From NCBI GenBank assembly GCA_031280155.1, contig JAITHD010000199.1, forward strand, positions 1 to 53,930: a stretch of 53,930 bases of DNA, given 5' to 3'. The position numbers were made by a program, and so were the translations under genes. The DNA comes from Treponema sp. (GTDB lineage Bacteria; Spirochaetota; Spirochaetia; Treponematales; Breznakiellaceae). The number at the start of each line of letters is the position of its first letter. The stretch's first letter is position 1. Shown here in pieces: positions 19,181 through 27,786 of this stretch. The notes beneath the pieces are model-generated. The model was not told where the DNA came from, did not search any database, and saw only the letters and a list, made by a program, of their open reading frames with translations.

Positions 19181-20392
19181 TTACGCTTCCTTTCCCTGTA
19201 AGGGGATATCTTTATTAATGCTATACTTTCGATCCCGAATGACTGTCGGAATCTCAAGATCATCATCTTGATAGCTGTTTCGGGAAGAAGAAAATCCCGG
19301 CTGCTTTATCTGCTGACCCCGCATTGATTCCCATTCTTGGAAATTAATAAAATTACTGCTTTCCGTACTCTTAACCGGCTCTTTAACCGGCTCTTTGGGA
19401 ACCGCCTTGATTCCTTCGGCTTGGAAGCCTGTGGCAATAACGGTTACTCGCAGTTTATCCCCCAAGCTCGAATCCAGACTGGTCCCTGAAATAATCTCCG
19501 CATCTGGATCAGCTTTTGCGGTAATAATATTAACCACTTCCTGAAATTCCACCAGCGACAGGTCTTCAGAGCCGCTTACATTTATCAGGAACCGAGTAGC
19601 CCCTTCAATAGCGGTGCCTTCCAAGAGAGGATTATCTATCGCATTATTTGCAGCCTCAGTAGCTCGATTATCTCCATTGCCGTAGCCGATGCCCATAAGC
19701 GCATCTCCTTGACCTTTGATAATCGTCTCCACATCTGCAAAGTCGATATTAATAAGTCCGGTTTCAGTAACTAAATCTGAAATGCCCTGTACTCCTTGGC
19801 GCAGTACATCGTCGGCTTTAAGAAAGGCCTCGGTAATGGGAGTTCGTTTTTCAACGATATTAAGGAGATGCTGATTAGGAATGATGATCAGCGTATCCAC
19901 CACTTCCCGAAGTTTGACGATCCCAGTGTCAGCTAACCTCATTCGAGCCCGCCCCTCAAATACAAAGGGTTTAGTTACCACTCCCACAGTCAGGGCGCCG
20001 CACTCTTTGGCGGCTTGGGCGATAATCGGCGCTGAACCAGTACCAGTACCGCCTCCCATGCCGGCGGTAACAAAAACCATGTTAGCGCCTTTGAGGGTTT
20101 CGACAATCATATCCCGATCCTCTTGAGCGGCTTTTTCACCAGTCTCAGGTTTTCCGCCGGCCCCTCGACCGCCGGTAATCTTTGCGCCGATCTGTAGTTT
20201 CTTGTTAGCTTTACACTTGTTCAGATCCTGCACATCCGTATTAACCACGATAAATTCGACTCCCTGCAACCCGCAGGCAATCATCCGGTTTATTGCATTG
20301 CAGCCTCCCCCGCCGGTACCGATAACTTTAATAACCGCCGGACTGGGTCCTGTAAGCTGATTGTCATGGACTTCTACATTCATCAATGTCAT
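19181..20392 (-). CDS. ftsZ: Cell division protein FtsZ
   Basis: Contains [18 protein letters not shown] and the tubulin signature [12 protein letters not shown]. The track ORF begins at a TTG at 20404, whose first codons are themselves the SD (TTGGGAGGGAGT). I prefer the ATG at 20392 (MTLMNVEV...). Confidence 0.97.
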   Translation of the reverse strand: MTLMNVEVHDNQLTGPSPAVIKVIGTGGGGCNAINRMIACGLQGVEFIVVNTDVQDLNKCKANKKLQIGAKITGGRGAGGKPETGEKAAQEDRDMIVETLKGANMVFVTAGMGGGTGTGSAPIIAQAAKECGALTVGVVTKPFVFEGRARMRLADTGIVKLREVVDTLIIIPNQHLLNIVEKRTPITEAFLKADDVLRQGVQGISDLVTETGLINIDFADVETIIKGQGDALMGIGYGNGDNRATEAANNAIDNPLLEGTAIEGATRFLINVSGSEDLSLVEFQEVVNIITAKADPDAEIISGTSLDSSLGDKLRVTVIATGFQAEGIKAVPKEPVKEPVKSTESSNFINFQEWESMRGQQIKQPGFSSSRNSYQDDDLEIPTVIRDRKYSINKDIPLQGKEA

Positions 20393-20416
20393 ACTCCCTC
20401 CCAAATCATTATATTA

Positions 20417-20460
20417 TCAGACTTTCTCTACAAAAGTCTATAGAAAAAACTAAAAAAATT
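20417..20460. repeat. Copy 1 of a ~43-bp direct repeat with an internal hairpin (ftsA-ftsZ spacer, proximal to ftsZ)
   Basis: TCAGACTTTCTCTACAAAAGTCTATAGAAAAAACTAAAAAAATT. The internal inverted repeat is AGACTTT/AAAGTCT. Compare copy 2. Confidence 0.8.
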
Positions 20461-20520
20461 AATTTCTTCCTAAAATTCTTGCTCAAGTATACAATCTTAC
20501 CATTATTATATACTCTATTG

Positions 20521-20563
20521 TCAGACTTTCTCTACAAAAAGTCTATAAAAAACTAAAAAAATT
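20521..20563. repeat. Copy 2 of the ~43-bp direct repeat; includes the ftsA stop codon and its last codons
   Basis: TCAGACTTTCTCTACAAAAAGTCTATAAAAAACTAAAAAAATT. It differs from copy 1 by about two indels. CTA at 20553-20555 is the complement of the ftsA TAG stop. Confidence 0.8.
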
Positions 20564-21815
20564 CAGTCCGGATCCAGTTTACAAACTTTCCAAAAATTGA
20601 AGGGTCCCCTTTTTCCCGGCTATGAACTTCTACTCCCCGTTCAGGGGTATTTTTCTGTTCCCGATCGTTTCCCTCAAGTACAAGCCCCACCGCAGTAGCA
20701 TACATAGAATTGCGATATTCTTCAACTAGTCCTCCCAGGGAAAGCGGAATTCCTACTCGTACCGGCAAGCCGAAAATATAGTGAGCCAATTCAGCAACCC
20801 CTAACAGTTGAGCGCCGCCGCCGGTTAAGACAACGCCTCCTCCTAAAGGTCTGGACAGCGCGAGTTTATCCAGCTTTTCCTTTACCATTTTGAAGATCTC
20901 TTCCATTCTGGGACGGATAATTGCCATCAGTTGGGATCGAGGAATAGGCATAGCCGGTCTCCCTCCAACGCCGGGTACAATAATATCGTCGTCCTCCCGG
21001 AACAACGCTTCCCAGCAGCAGCCGGACTCAAGTTTAATACGTTCCGCCGTTTCAAAGGAAATATTCTTAACTTTCGATATATCACTGGTAATCATACTTC
21101 CCCCTGCGGGAATGGTGATATTAGAATAAGGAGTTCCGTCAGCGTATACCAGTACATCCGTAGTCCCTCCCCCAAGATCGATCAGGGCGACTCCAATTTC
21201 TTTCTCTTCAGGGATCAGCACTGATCTGCTTGCCGCCAGAGACTGAAGAATAAGATCATTTACCATAAACCCTGCCCGATTCACACACTTTATGAGATTC
21301 TGAGCGCTGGTGACTGAACAGGTAACAATATGCACCTCCGCCTCAAGCCGAACTCCGATCATATTAAGCGGATCTTGAATACTGCGCTGATCATCGACGA
21401 TATAGCTTTGAGGGATGACTTCCAACACCTGCCGATCCATGGGAATTACCACAGCTCTGGCAGCCTCCAGTACCCGAGTTACATCGTCCGGACCGATCTC
21501 GCGAATATCTTCCCGATTTTTTCCCGTAACCGCCACGACCCCTCGAGAATTGATCCCGTCAATGTGGTTTCCCCCAATGCCAGTCCAACAAGAATGAACT
21601 TCCTGCCCGCTCATCCGCTCTGCTGCCTCAATCGCCGCGGCTACTGACTGAAGCGTAGCTTCAATATTGACTACCACGCCTTTTCGCAATCCCGTGGAAG
21701 GACAGACTCCGACGCCGGTAATCTCTAAGAACCCATTTTCATTACGCTCGCCGATTACGGCGCAGACCTTGGTCGTGCCTATATCGAGGCCGACAACTAA
21801 TCCTTCATTAGCCAG
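20553..21815 (-). CDS. ftsA: Cell division protein FtsA (actin-like ATPase); 5' end extended beyond the track ORF to a non-canonical CTG start
   Basis: The track ORF (TTG at 21689) lacks the phosphate-1 motif. The same frame upstream is open and encodes (L)ANEGLVVGLDIGTTKVCAVIGERNENGFLEITGVGVCPSTGL-RKGVV... That frame holds no ATG/GTG/TTG between the upstream in-frame TAA and 21689. A CTG at 21815 sits 6 nt after AAGGAGG. The remainder contains ...ALIDLGGGTTDV... and ...VLTGGGAQL... Confidence 0.9.
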   Translation of the reverse strand: MANEGLVVGLDIGTTKVCAVIGERNENGFLEITGVGVCPSTGLRKGVVVNIEATLQSVAAAIEAAERMSGQEVHSCWTGIGGNHIDGINSRGVVAVTGKNREDIREIGPDDVTRVLEAARAVVIPMDRQVLEVIPQSYIVDDQRSIQDPLNMIGVRLEAEVHIVTCSVTSAQNLIKCVNRAGFMVNDLILQSLAASRSVLIPEEKEIGVALIDLGGGTTDVLVYADGTPYSNITIPAGGSMITSDISKVKNISFETAERIKLESGCCWEALFREDDDIIVPGVGGRPAMPIPRSQLMAIIRPRMEEIFKMVKEKLDKLALSRPLGGGVVLTGGGAQLLGVAELAHYIFGLPVRVGIPLSLGGLVEEYRNSMYATAVGLVLEGNDREQKNTPERGVEVHSREKGDPSIFGKFVNWIRTEFF

Positions 21816-22665
21816 AGGACGCCTCCTTTATAGTATATGATGCAGTACCGGTCCTGAAATCAATTTCTTCAATTCTAGTGCCTCTTGAAATACACACATC
21901 TACCACTAACATCACATATCGAAGCATATATTCATTTAGTTCCGATCCGATCCGTATCTTCACCCGATTATGTACTGGATAGAGGGTCAGATCATACCCG
22001 TCAAAGACATTCCGGTTTACCTGAATTTCCGAAACAGCCGCCAGCAGTTCCGGCGCCGCTACCCGTATCATTTCAAGATTGGACAAGAGGGCGCTGAATA
22101 TTCCGGGAAGCCGCATACCAAGAAAAGGCTGCTCATTAACGACTCCAGATATAATAGGTATAGAAAAAGGCGGAGTTATATGCTGATCCTCAGTGCCAAT
22201 CATAAAAACCAATCCCTGTTTATCAAAAAAAATTGGGCATACTTTGCCGTCAACCATGCCAAAAGACATAGCTATCGCTTTACGGGCTTCAAGGGTTATC
22301 CGTACTGAATCAGGGAACCGTTTTGTCACCTTCGCGGACTCTACTTCCAAAAGGGTTTTCAGCTTCCTTTCCACAGTTTGAGGATTCACCGTTATATATG
22401 AAGATTTATCGGTAATCCCGGCGGTTTCAAGCACCATCTTCTTGTCCAACCCGGACACTCCCGCAACTTCCACCTTTGAGAGAGGCAAACAGGGGTTGAC
22501 CAGCAGAATCATAACCAGTTCTCCTCCAAGAATGATCAAGGCTATGACAATGACCAGTTTCAGGGCTTTTTCTATTTTCGATGTTTTCACCGATCCCCGA
22601 TGCCGTACTGTTTGTTCTTCAAATTGTTCTTCAAACACAGGGTCTTTAAAAATATTGTCAGCCAT
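21808..22665 (-). CDS. ftsQ: Cell division protein FtsQ/DivIB
   Basis: Single TM (LKLVIVIALIILGGELVMILLV) followed by a POTRA-like segment (LSKVEVAGVSGLDKKMVLETAGI). It sits between ftsW and ftsA. I prefer the ATG at 22665 (MADNIF..., GAGG 6 nt upstream, 1 nt after the ftsW stop) over the track start at 22713, which overlaps ftsW by 47 nt. Confidence 0.8.
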   Translation of the reverse strand: MADNIFKDPVFEEQFEEQTVRHRGSVKTSKIEKALKLVIVIALIILGGELVMILLVNPCLPLSKVEVAGVSGLDKKMVLETAGITDKSSYITVNPQTVERKLKTLLEVESAKVTKRFPDSVRITLEARKAIAMSFGMVDGKVCPIFFDKQGLVFMIGTEDQHITPPFSIPIISGVVNEQPFLGMRLPGIFSALLSNLEMIRVAAPELLAAVSEIQVNRNVFDGYDLTLYPVHNRVKIRIGSELNEYMLRYVMLVVDVCISRGTRIEEIDFRTGTASYTIKEASSG

Positions 22666-22666
22666 A

Positions 22667-23869
22667 TTATGCCTCAGCATCTGAAGAATACCAAGGGTCG
22701 GAACGATGTGCAAATTTCATATCCCCAGGACCGAACGCGGCGGTTTCCCCGCGGGATCGGGAAATGTTGACAATAACTCCCACCGCAATAAGCGTAGTAA
22801 GCAGAGAAGATCCTCCAGCGGAGAAGAAAGGCAGCGGGATTCCCGTCGCTGGGATTGACCCGGAAACCACGGCAATATTAATAAGCGTCTGGGACATGAT
22901 CTCTGTAACCAATCCAAATGCCAGCAATCGTCGGTAGGTATCTTCCGCCCGCAGGGCCGCCCGATATCCTCGAATCACAAAAACCCCAAAAAGCACAAAA
23001 AACAAAATAATTCCAAGAAAACCCGCTTCCTCGGCAAATGCGGAAAAGATAAAATCTGATTGAATCTCAGGTACGCTGGAAACTTTGCGGATTCCATGCC
23101 CAACGCCTTTACCCCAAAATCCGCCAGACGCGATGGTCATAATAGACGCCCGAACTTGATATCCCGCGCCGTGAGGGTCCCAGTTAGGATTCAGATAGCT
23201 GATAAGCCGTCTAAACCGATGTTCTTTGGTCAGGATCAAGAGTACCGCAAAAGGCAGAAATATGAATAAGCCGCTTAGAAAGTAACGCCGTTTTACACCG
23301 GCAAGATAAAAAATAAAAATAGCGTTCATCGCGATAAACGCGGCGGTAGAGAAATTATTTTGTAGGGAAATCAGCACAATGAATACGCCCGTAACAAACG
23401 CGGGAGGCAAAACGCCTTTAGACAGGGAATTGATCTGATCCTGTTTTTTATCAAAAATATGGGCTAAATACAGCGGCAGCACAAGCTTAACCAATTCTGA
23501 AGGCTGAAAGGTTTCAGAACCAATGCGAAACCATCGGGAAGCGCCGTTTTTCGTTACCCCCACTACTGGAAGCAGCGGAAGAATACAAAGGAGCGCCGTT
23601 CCGAGAATACACAGTCCCGGCAAAGACCATCGGCGGGCTATATCCAGATTAATTCGGGAAATAACAAAAAACAGGGTCAAGCCCATACCCAAAAAGACGG
23701 TCTGCCGAGATATTAAATACAATCCGTCATTAAAGAACCGTTCCGCATATACATAAGAGGAAGAATAGAGGGTCACAATGCCTAATCCAATGAGAAAAAA
23801 AATACTCGCCACCAGAATATGGTCAACTTGGAGTCTATGCCCTGCTTTTTCAACATTAAATCGATACAT
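22667..23869 (-). CDS. ftsW: SEDS-family peptidoglycan polymerase FtsW
   Basis: 400 aa and polytopic. FtsW/RodA motifs are present (...QPSELVKL..., ...PEIQSDFIFSAFAEE..G..G, ...IPATGIPLPFFSAGGSS). It occupies the dcw position between mraY and ftsQ. Confidence 0.9.
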   Translation of the reverse strand: MYRFNVEKAGHRLQVDHILVASIFFLIGLGIVTLYSSSYVYAERFFNDGLYLISRQTVFLGMGLTLFFVISRINLDIARRWSLPGLCILGTALLCILPLLPVVGVTKNGASRWFRIGSETFQPSELVKLVLPLYLAHIFDKKQDQINSLSKGVLPPAFVTGVFIVLISLQNNFSTAAFIAMNAIFIFYLAGVKRRYFLSGLFIFLPFAVLLILTKEHRFRRLISYLNPNWDPHGAGYQVRASIMTIASGGFWGKGVGHGIRKVSSVPEIQSDFIFSAFAEEAGFLGIILFFVLFGVFVIRGYRAALRAEDTYRRLLAFGLVTEIMSQTLINIAVVSGSIPATGIPLPFFSAGGSSLLTTLIAVGVIVNISRSRGETAAFGPGDMKFAHRSDPWYSSDAEA

Positions 23870-23936
23870 TTACCTATATTAATACTCCTCCGCCTACGGA
23901 ATCATCACAAATTTTATCTATAATTATAGATGTTTT

Positions 23937-25016
23937 TTATTGGATCTTCAATGTAGAAAGAGCAATAATAGCGAATAAACCCCCGAGAATCCAAAAACGG
24001 ATAACCACCTTGGTTTCTACCCAGCCGGATAATTCAAAATGATGATGAATCGGCGTCATCTTAAAGATCCGTTTTTTTCGTAATTTATACGATGTTACCT
24101 GAATCATCACTGAAGCGATTTCTAATACAAAGACTCCTCCAATAATGAGGCTAAGAATCTCCTTTTTAATAATCAGTGAGATAACCGCTATCACTCCTCC
24201 AAGAGGCAGACTCCCCACGTCTCCCATGAACACTTCCGCAGGATGCGCGTTAAACCACAAAAAACCAATGCAGGCTCCCACTACAGCAAGACAGAATACG
24301 GTTAATTCACCGGATCCCGTAATATAGGGTATCATCAAATAATCTGAATAATCCGCCCGACCTGTAAGATAGGTAAGAATCGCCAGCGTAATAAATACTA
24401 AAAGGAGGAGTCCTGCGGCAAGTCCATCGAGTCCGTCAGAGAAATTTACCGCATTAGACTCTCCCACAATAAGGAGTACCCCAAAAGGAACCCACAATAC
24501 CCCCAAATCAATTACTGGATTCTTAAAAAAAGGAATGTACAGGGCGGTAATCCCCTCTTCGCCTGAAAAATAAAGAAAAAGCACAACTCCAAGGGCAACC
24601 GCAAACTGTCCGACCAGTTTTGCCCATGCCGACAGACCGTCTGAATTGCGGCGGCTTGTCTTGAGATAATCATCAATAAAACCGATTATCCCTAACGCAA
24701 TAAACGCTTCCAATGTAAGCCATACCTTCCCGTTCCCCAAATCTTGCCACAACAGCATTGAGATAACAACGGAAAAAATAATCAATACTCCCCCCATAGT
24801 TGGGGTGCCGCCTTTTTTCAGATGCGTTTCAGGACCCTCTTCCCGGATATATTGACCTATTTTGAGTTTGCGAAGGGCTTCAATGATCAGAGGACCTAAA
24901 ATATAGCAGATAAGCAGAGTTGTTAATGCAGCGTAGGCTCCTCGGAAAGAAAGATACCGAAATACATTGAAGGGCTTAAAAAATTCTTTCAACGGATAGA
25001 GAAATTCAAGGAACAC
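23937..25016 (-). CDS. mraY: Phospho-N-acetylmuramoyl-pentapeptide transferase MraY
   Basis: 359 aa with a GTG start. Contains GTPTMGG, IGFIDDYLK, NAVNFSDGLDGLA, FMGDVGSL and PIHHHFE. Confidence 0.97.
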   Translation of the reverse strand: MFLEFLYPLKEFFKPFNVFRYLSFRGAYAALTTLLICYILGPLIIEALRKLKIGQYIREEGPETHLKKGGTPTMGGVLIIFSVVISMLLWQDLGNGKVWLTLEAFIALGIIGFIDDYLKTSRRNSDGLSAWAKLVGQFAVALGVVLFLYFSGEEGITALYIPFFKNPVIDLGVLWVPFGVLLIVGESNAVNFSDGLDGLAAGLLLLVFITLAILTYLTGRADYSDYLMIPYITGSGELTVFCLAVVGACIGFLWFNAHPAEVFMGDVGSLPLGGVIAVISLIIKKEILSLIIGGVFVLEIASVMIQVTSYKLRKKRIFKMTPIHHHFELSGWVETKVVIRFWILGGLFAIIALSTLKIQ

Positions 25017-26441
25017 CTAACACGCTCCCTCTGCTGTTTTGAGTTCCGGCAGCAGCGTATCCGTAAGCCCTTCTAAAGCGCAGCCCCGAGACCCTTTTAA
25101 CAGTACCATGTCCCCAGACCGTCTACAATTTGAAAGATATGACGATAACTCCTCCATACTATCAGTATAAAAGAAAGGAACCTGCGGCGCTGTGTGCAGC
25201 GCTTCCGCCGCGGCTTGAGTTTCCTTGCCGTACAGACACACCAAGTCTGCTTTGGATGCCGCTAAACGGCGTCCAACCATCTCGTGCATCCTTGAAGATT
25301 CAGCTCCCAGTTCCAGCATAGCGCCGATGACGTATATCCGCCGTCCGGTATGTACAAAAGCGTCGCACATAGCTATTGCCCCAATCTTTGATTCAGGATT
25401 AGCGTTATAACAGTCTCGGATCAGGGTCACTGAACCTCGGAGTATTTCGCTTCTTCCAAAAATGCCCTGGACCGATTCTATGCCTTTTCTAATCGACTGC
25501 GGTCTAATTGGTATTTCTTTGGCTATAGCTGCGGCAGCCAGCATATTTTGGACATTATGGATTCCCGGAAGGCTAAAATGAGCGGAAACTCCGTCCCAGA
25601 GAATTTCAAACCCCTGGATCCCCTGATCTTGGATCGATCCTAATTCCTTACACTGAGAACCGTAAAACAGGGCTTGTCCCTTGATCCCTTCCGCAAGGAA
25701 ATCCCGATACGGATCATCCGCCGGTATGAGGGCCCGTTCATTTCCTGAAAACTGAGAAAAAATTGCCTTTTTTTCCTCAGCAATCGCTTGTTTGTTACCG
25801 AAAAATCCGATATGGGCGGATCCAATATTCGTAATGAGCGCAATATGAGGTTTCAGCACCCTTGTAATCTCCTCTATTTCACCATGCCGATTCATCCCGA
25901 GTTCAAAGATTCCTACTTCATGGAAAGGACGAACCATAAAAACCGATAAAGGAAGTCCAGTCTCAGAATTTAGATTACCCTGATTCATTACTACCGCTTT
26001 TTCTTGGCTTATCATGGCTGCGGCAATCTCCTTGACAGTAGTTTTCCCTGAGGAGCCGGTAATACCGATTTTGAAGAGCTGAGGAAATTGGTTAAGATAG
26101 TACGCTGCGGCATCCTGCAAGGACTTCAGCGTATCCTCTACTACCAGCAGTATACCAGAATACTCCTGAGCAGCGGCTTTAAGTTCCTGATCAGGATCCT
26201 CCCATCGGGAACGGGCAATCATTGCCGCTACAGCGCCCCGCTCAAAGGCAGATCGTATATATCTGTGTCCATCCTGCGCCGCCCCTGCCAAGGCAACGAA
26301 CAACGCTCCCGGCAGCACTGTCCTCGAGTCGATACTCACCGATGAAAACCCTCCAACGACTTTCTGAAAAGAGATGAGCCTAGCTCCTAAAGCATATGAT
26401 AAATCTGTACAATCCATGATAATAGATGCATCTTTTCCCAT
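25017..26441 (-). CDS. murF: UDP-N-acetylmuramoyl-tripeptide--D-alanyl-D-alanine ligase MurF
   Basis: 474 aa. It has the Mur ligase P-loop GITGSSGKTTVKE, ...LITNIGSAHIG... and ...DCYNANPES... Confidence 0.95.
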   Translation of the reverse strand: MGKDASIIMDCTDLSYALGARLISFQKVVGGFSSVSIDSRTVLPGALFVALAGAAQDGHRYIRSAFERGAVAAMIARSRWEDPDQELKAAAQEYSGILLVVEDTLKSLQDAAAYYLNQFPQLFKIGITGSSGKTTVKEIAAAMISQEKAVVMNQGNLNSETGLPLSVFMVRPFHEVGIFELGMNRHGEIEEITRVLKPHIALITNIGSAHIGFFGNKQAIAEEKKAIFSQFSGNERALIPADDPYRDFLAEGIKGQALFYGSQCKELGSIQDQGIQGFEILWDGVSAHFSLPGIHNVQNMLAAAAIAKEIPIRPQSIRKGIESVQGIFGRSEILRGSVTLIRDCYNANPESKIGAIAMCDAFVHTGRRIYVIGAMLELGAESSRMHEMVGRRLAASKADLVCLYGKETQAAAEALHTAPQVPFFYTDSMEELSSYLSNCRRSGDMVLLKGSRGCALEGLTDTLLPELKTAEGAC

Positions 26442-26732
26442 TTAGGGTCTTCTCCTTTCATTCTCAATCCGAATTTGCAATACGTCCTCTGGACGGATCT
26501 TTGATAACCCTAATTCGTCTCGCGCTATTTTTTCAATTCGCTCTGGGGATGAAAGAACCGCAATTCCCGCAATAAGCCGTTTATTACTTTCTATCCACAC
26601 TTCCTGCTCATCTTCAAGCCGCTTTACATCCCGTTCTAATGCCGCATATCGAGAAGACTGCCAAGCGGTAATACCTAAGAAAAAGGGTATAGTCAAGGCA
26701 AAGAAATATAAAAGTATGAGCCTCCTTTTCAT
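26442..26732 (-). CDS. ftsL: Cell division protein FtsL
   Basis: 96 aa. It has one TM, a coiled coil and an FtsL-type C-terminal segment SSPERIEKIARDELGLSKIRPEDV. It sits between rsmH and murF, with a 4-nt overlap with rsmH. Confidence 0.75.
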   Translation of the reverse strand: MKRRLILLYFFALTIPFFLGITAWQSSRYAALERDVKRLEDEQEVWIESNKRLIAGIAVLSSPERIEKIARDELGLSKIRPEDVLQIRIENERRRP

Positions 26733-27676
26733 TGCCCTTCCTTAAACTCATGCACATTTTTCTCCACAACCCGCAGCCTGGCGCTCCGGGAAGGCGGATT
26801 ATTTCGGACTTCATCCATTCCCGGTACAACACCCTTCCGGCTGAGAAGGTTGACTATCCCCTGCCCCTCCTTTCTATGTATCGGCGCATCAAGGGTGTTT
26901 TTCCCCTTCTCTCGGAAAAAATTTTTAACAATCCTGTCTTCTAAGGAGTGAAAACTAATCACTCCCATGCGTCCTCCGGGTTTAAGCGCCTCAAGAGCCG
27001 CTTCCAAAAGGACTGGAAGCCCTTCAAGCTCCCTGTTTACCGCAATACGCAGCGCCTGAAAGGTCTTTGTCGCCGGATGTACCAGACCATGCCGATACGC
27101 CCCAGGAACCGACTGAACAACCAATTCCGCCAAAACTTTGGAACTGGTTATTCGGCTTCGAGAGCCGGCTTCCTTAATCCTTCGCGCAATACGACGGGAA
27201 TACCGTTCTTCCCCATTAGCGTACAGTAAATCCGCAAGTTCTTTTTCAGAAACCCCGGCGATCAGTTCCGCTGCGGATAGGCCTCTGGTTTTATCGATCC
27301 GCATATCCAGAGTTTCATCCTGCATAAAACTGAAACCCCGGGATCCTTTTTTATAATGGTAAAGACTTATCCCTAAATCTATAAGTATCGTATCAGGATG
27401 TCTGCTGTCCGGGGAAAGAGCGGCAAAAAAATCCTGAGACCAGCCGGTATAAAAATCAATCCTGTTTCCAAACTCCCTAAGCCGTTCTCGCGCTGTCTTC
27501 TGGATATCTCTATCCGCATCAATCCCAAGAATCTGCAAATCTGGAAATCGGGATAAAAACGCATAACTATGCCCCCCTTCGCCTAATGTAGCGTCAACCA
27601 TAAACTCCCCGCTTTGGCGAGGAGCAAGAAACTGAATTGTCTCTTCCAGTAAAACCGGAGTATGAACAATATCCAT
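26729..27676 (-). CDS. rsmH: 16S rRNA (cytosine1402-N4)-methyltransferase RsmH (MraW)
   Basis: Contains HTPVLLEE, VDATLGEGGHS, DLGISLYH.. and SFHSLEDRIVK. I prefer the ATG at 27676 (MDIVHTPVLL) because the His lies at the usual distance from the start. The track TTG at 27706 abuts the upstream terminator T-tract. Confidence 0.95.
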   Translation of the reverse strand: MDIVHTPVLLEETIQFLAPRQSGEFMVDATLGEGGHSYAFLSRFPDLQILGIDADRDIQKTARERLREFGNRIDFYTGWSQDFFAALSPDSRHPDTILIDLGISLYHYKKGSRGFSFMQDETLDMRIDKTRGLSAAELIAGVSEKELADLLYANGEERYSRRIARRIKEAGSRSRITSSKVLAELVVQSVPGAYRHGLVHPATKTFQALRIAVNRELEGLPVLLEAALEALKPGGRMGVISFHSLEDRIVKNFFREKGKNTLDAPIHRKEGQGIVNLLSRKGVVPGMDEVRNNPPSRSARLRVVEKNVHEFKEGQ

Positions 27677-27708
27677 TATACATAGCGCCTTTGCATGTTC
27701 AATCAATA

Positions 27709-27741
27709 TAAAAAAAAGGAGAGGTTTTACCCTCTCCCTTT
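27709..27741 (-). terminator. Rho-independent terminator after the flaA pair
   Basis: The minus strand reads GGAGAGG-GTAAAA-CCTCTCC followed by T8 (complement of 27709-27741). Confidence 0.85.
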
Positions 27742-27786
27742 TAGGTGTTCAAAGCCTGTACATTGTCCTACTGGACATGAGACTTT

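Noticed and set aside
27670-27706. TTGAAC-16-TATAAT promoter-like pair at the rsmH 5' end
   Set aside because: The TATAAT overlaps the preferred rsmH ATG (TATAATG), so a transcript from it would lack the start codon needed to encode the conserved HTPVLL N-terminus. It is probably coincidental in AT-rich sequence.
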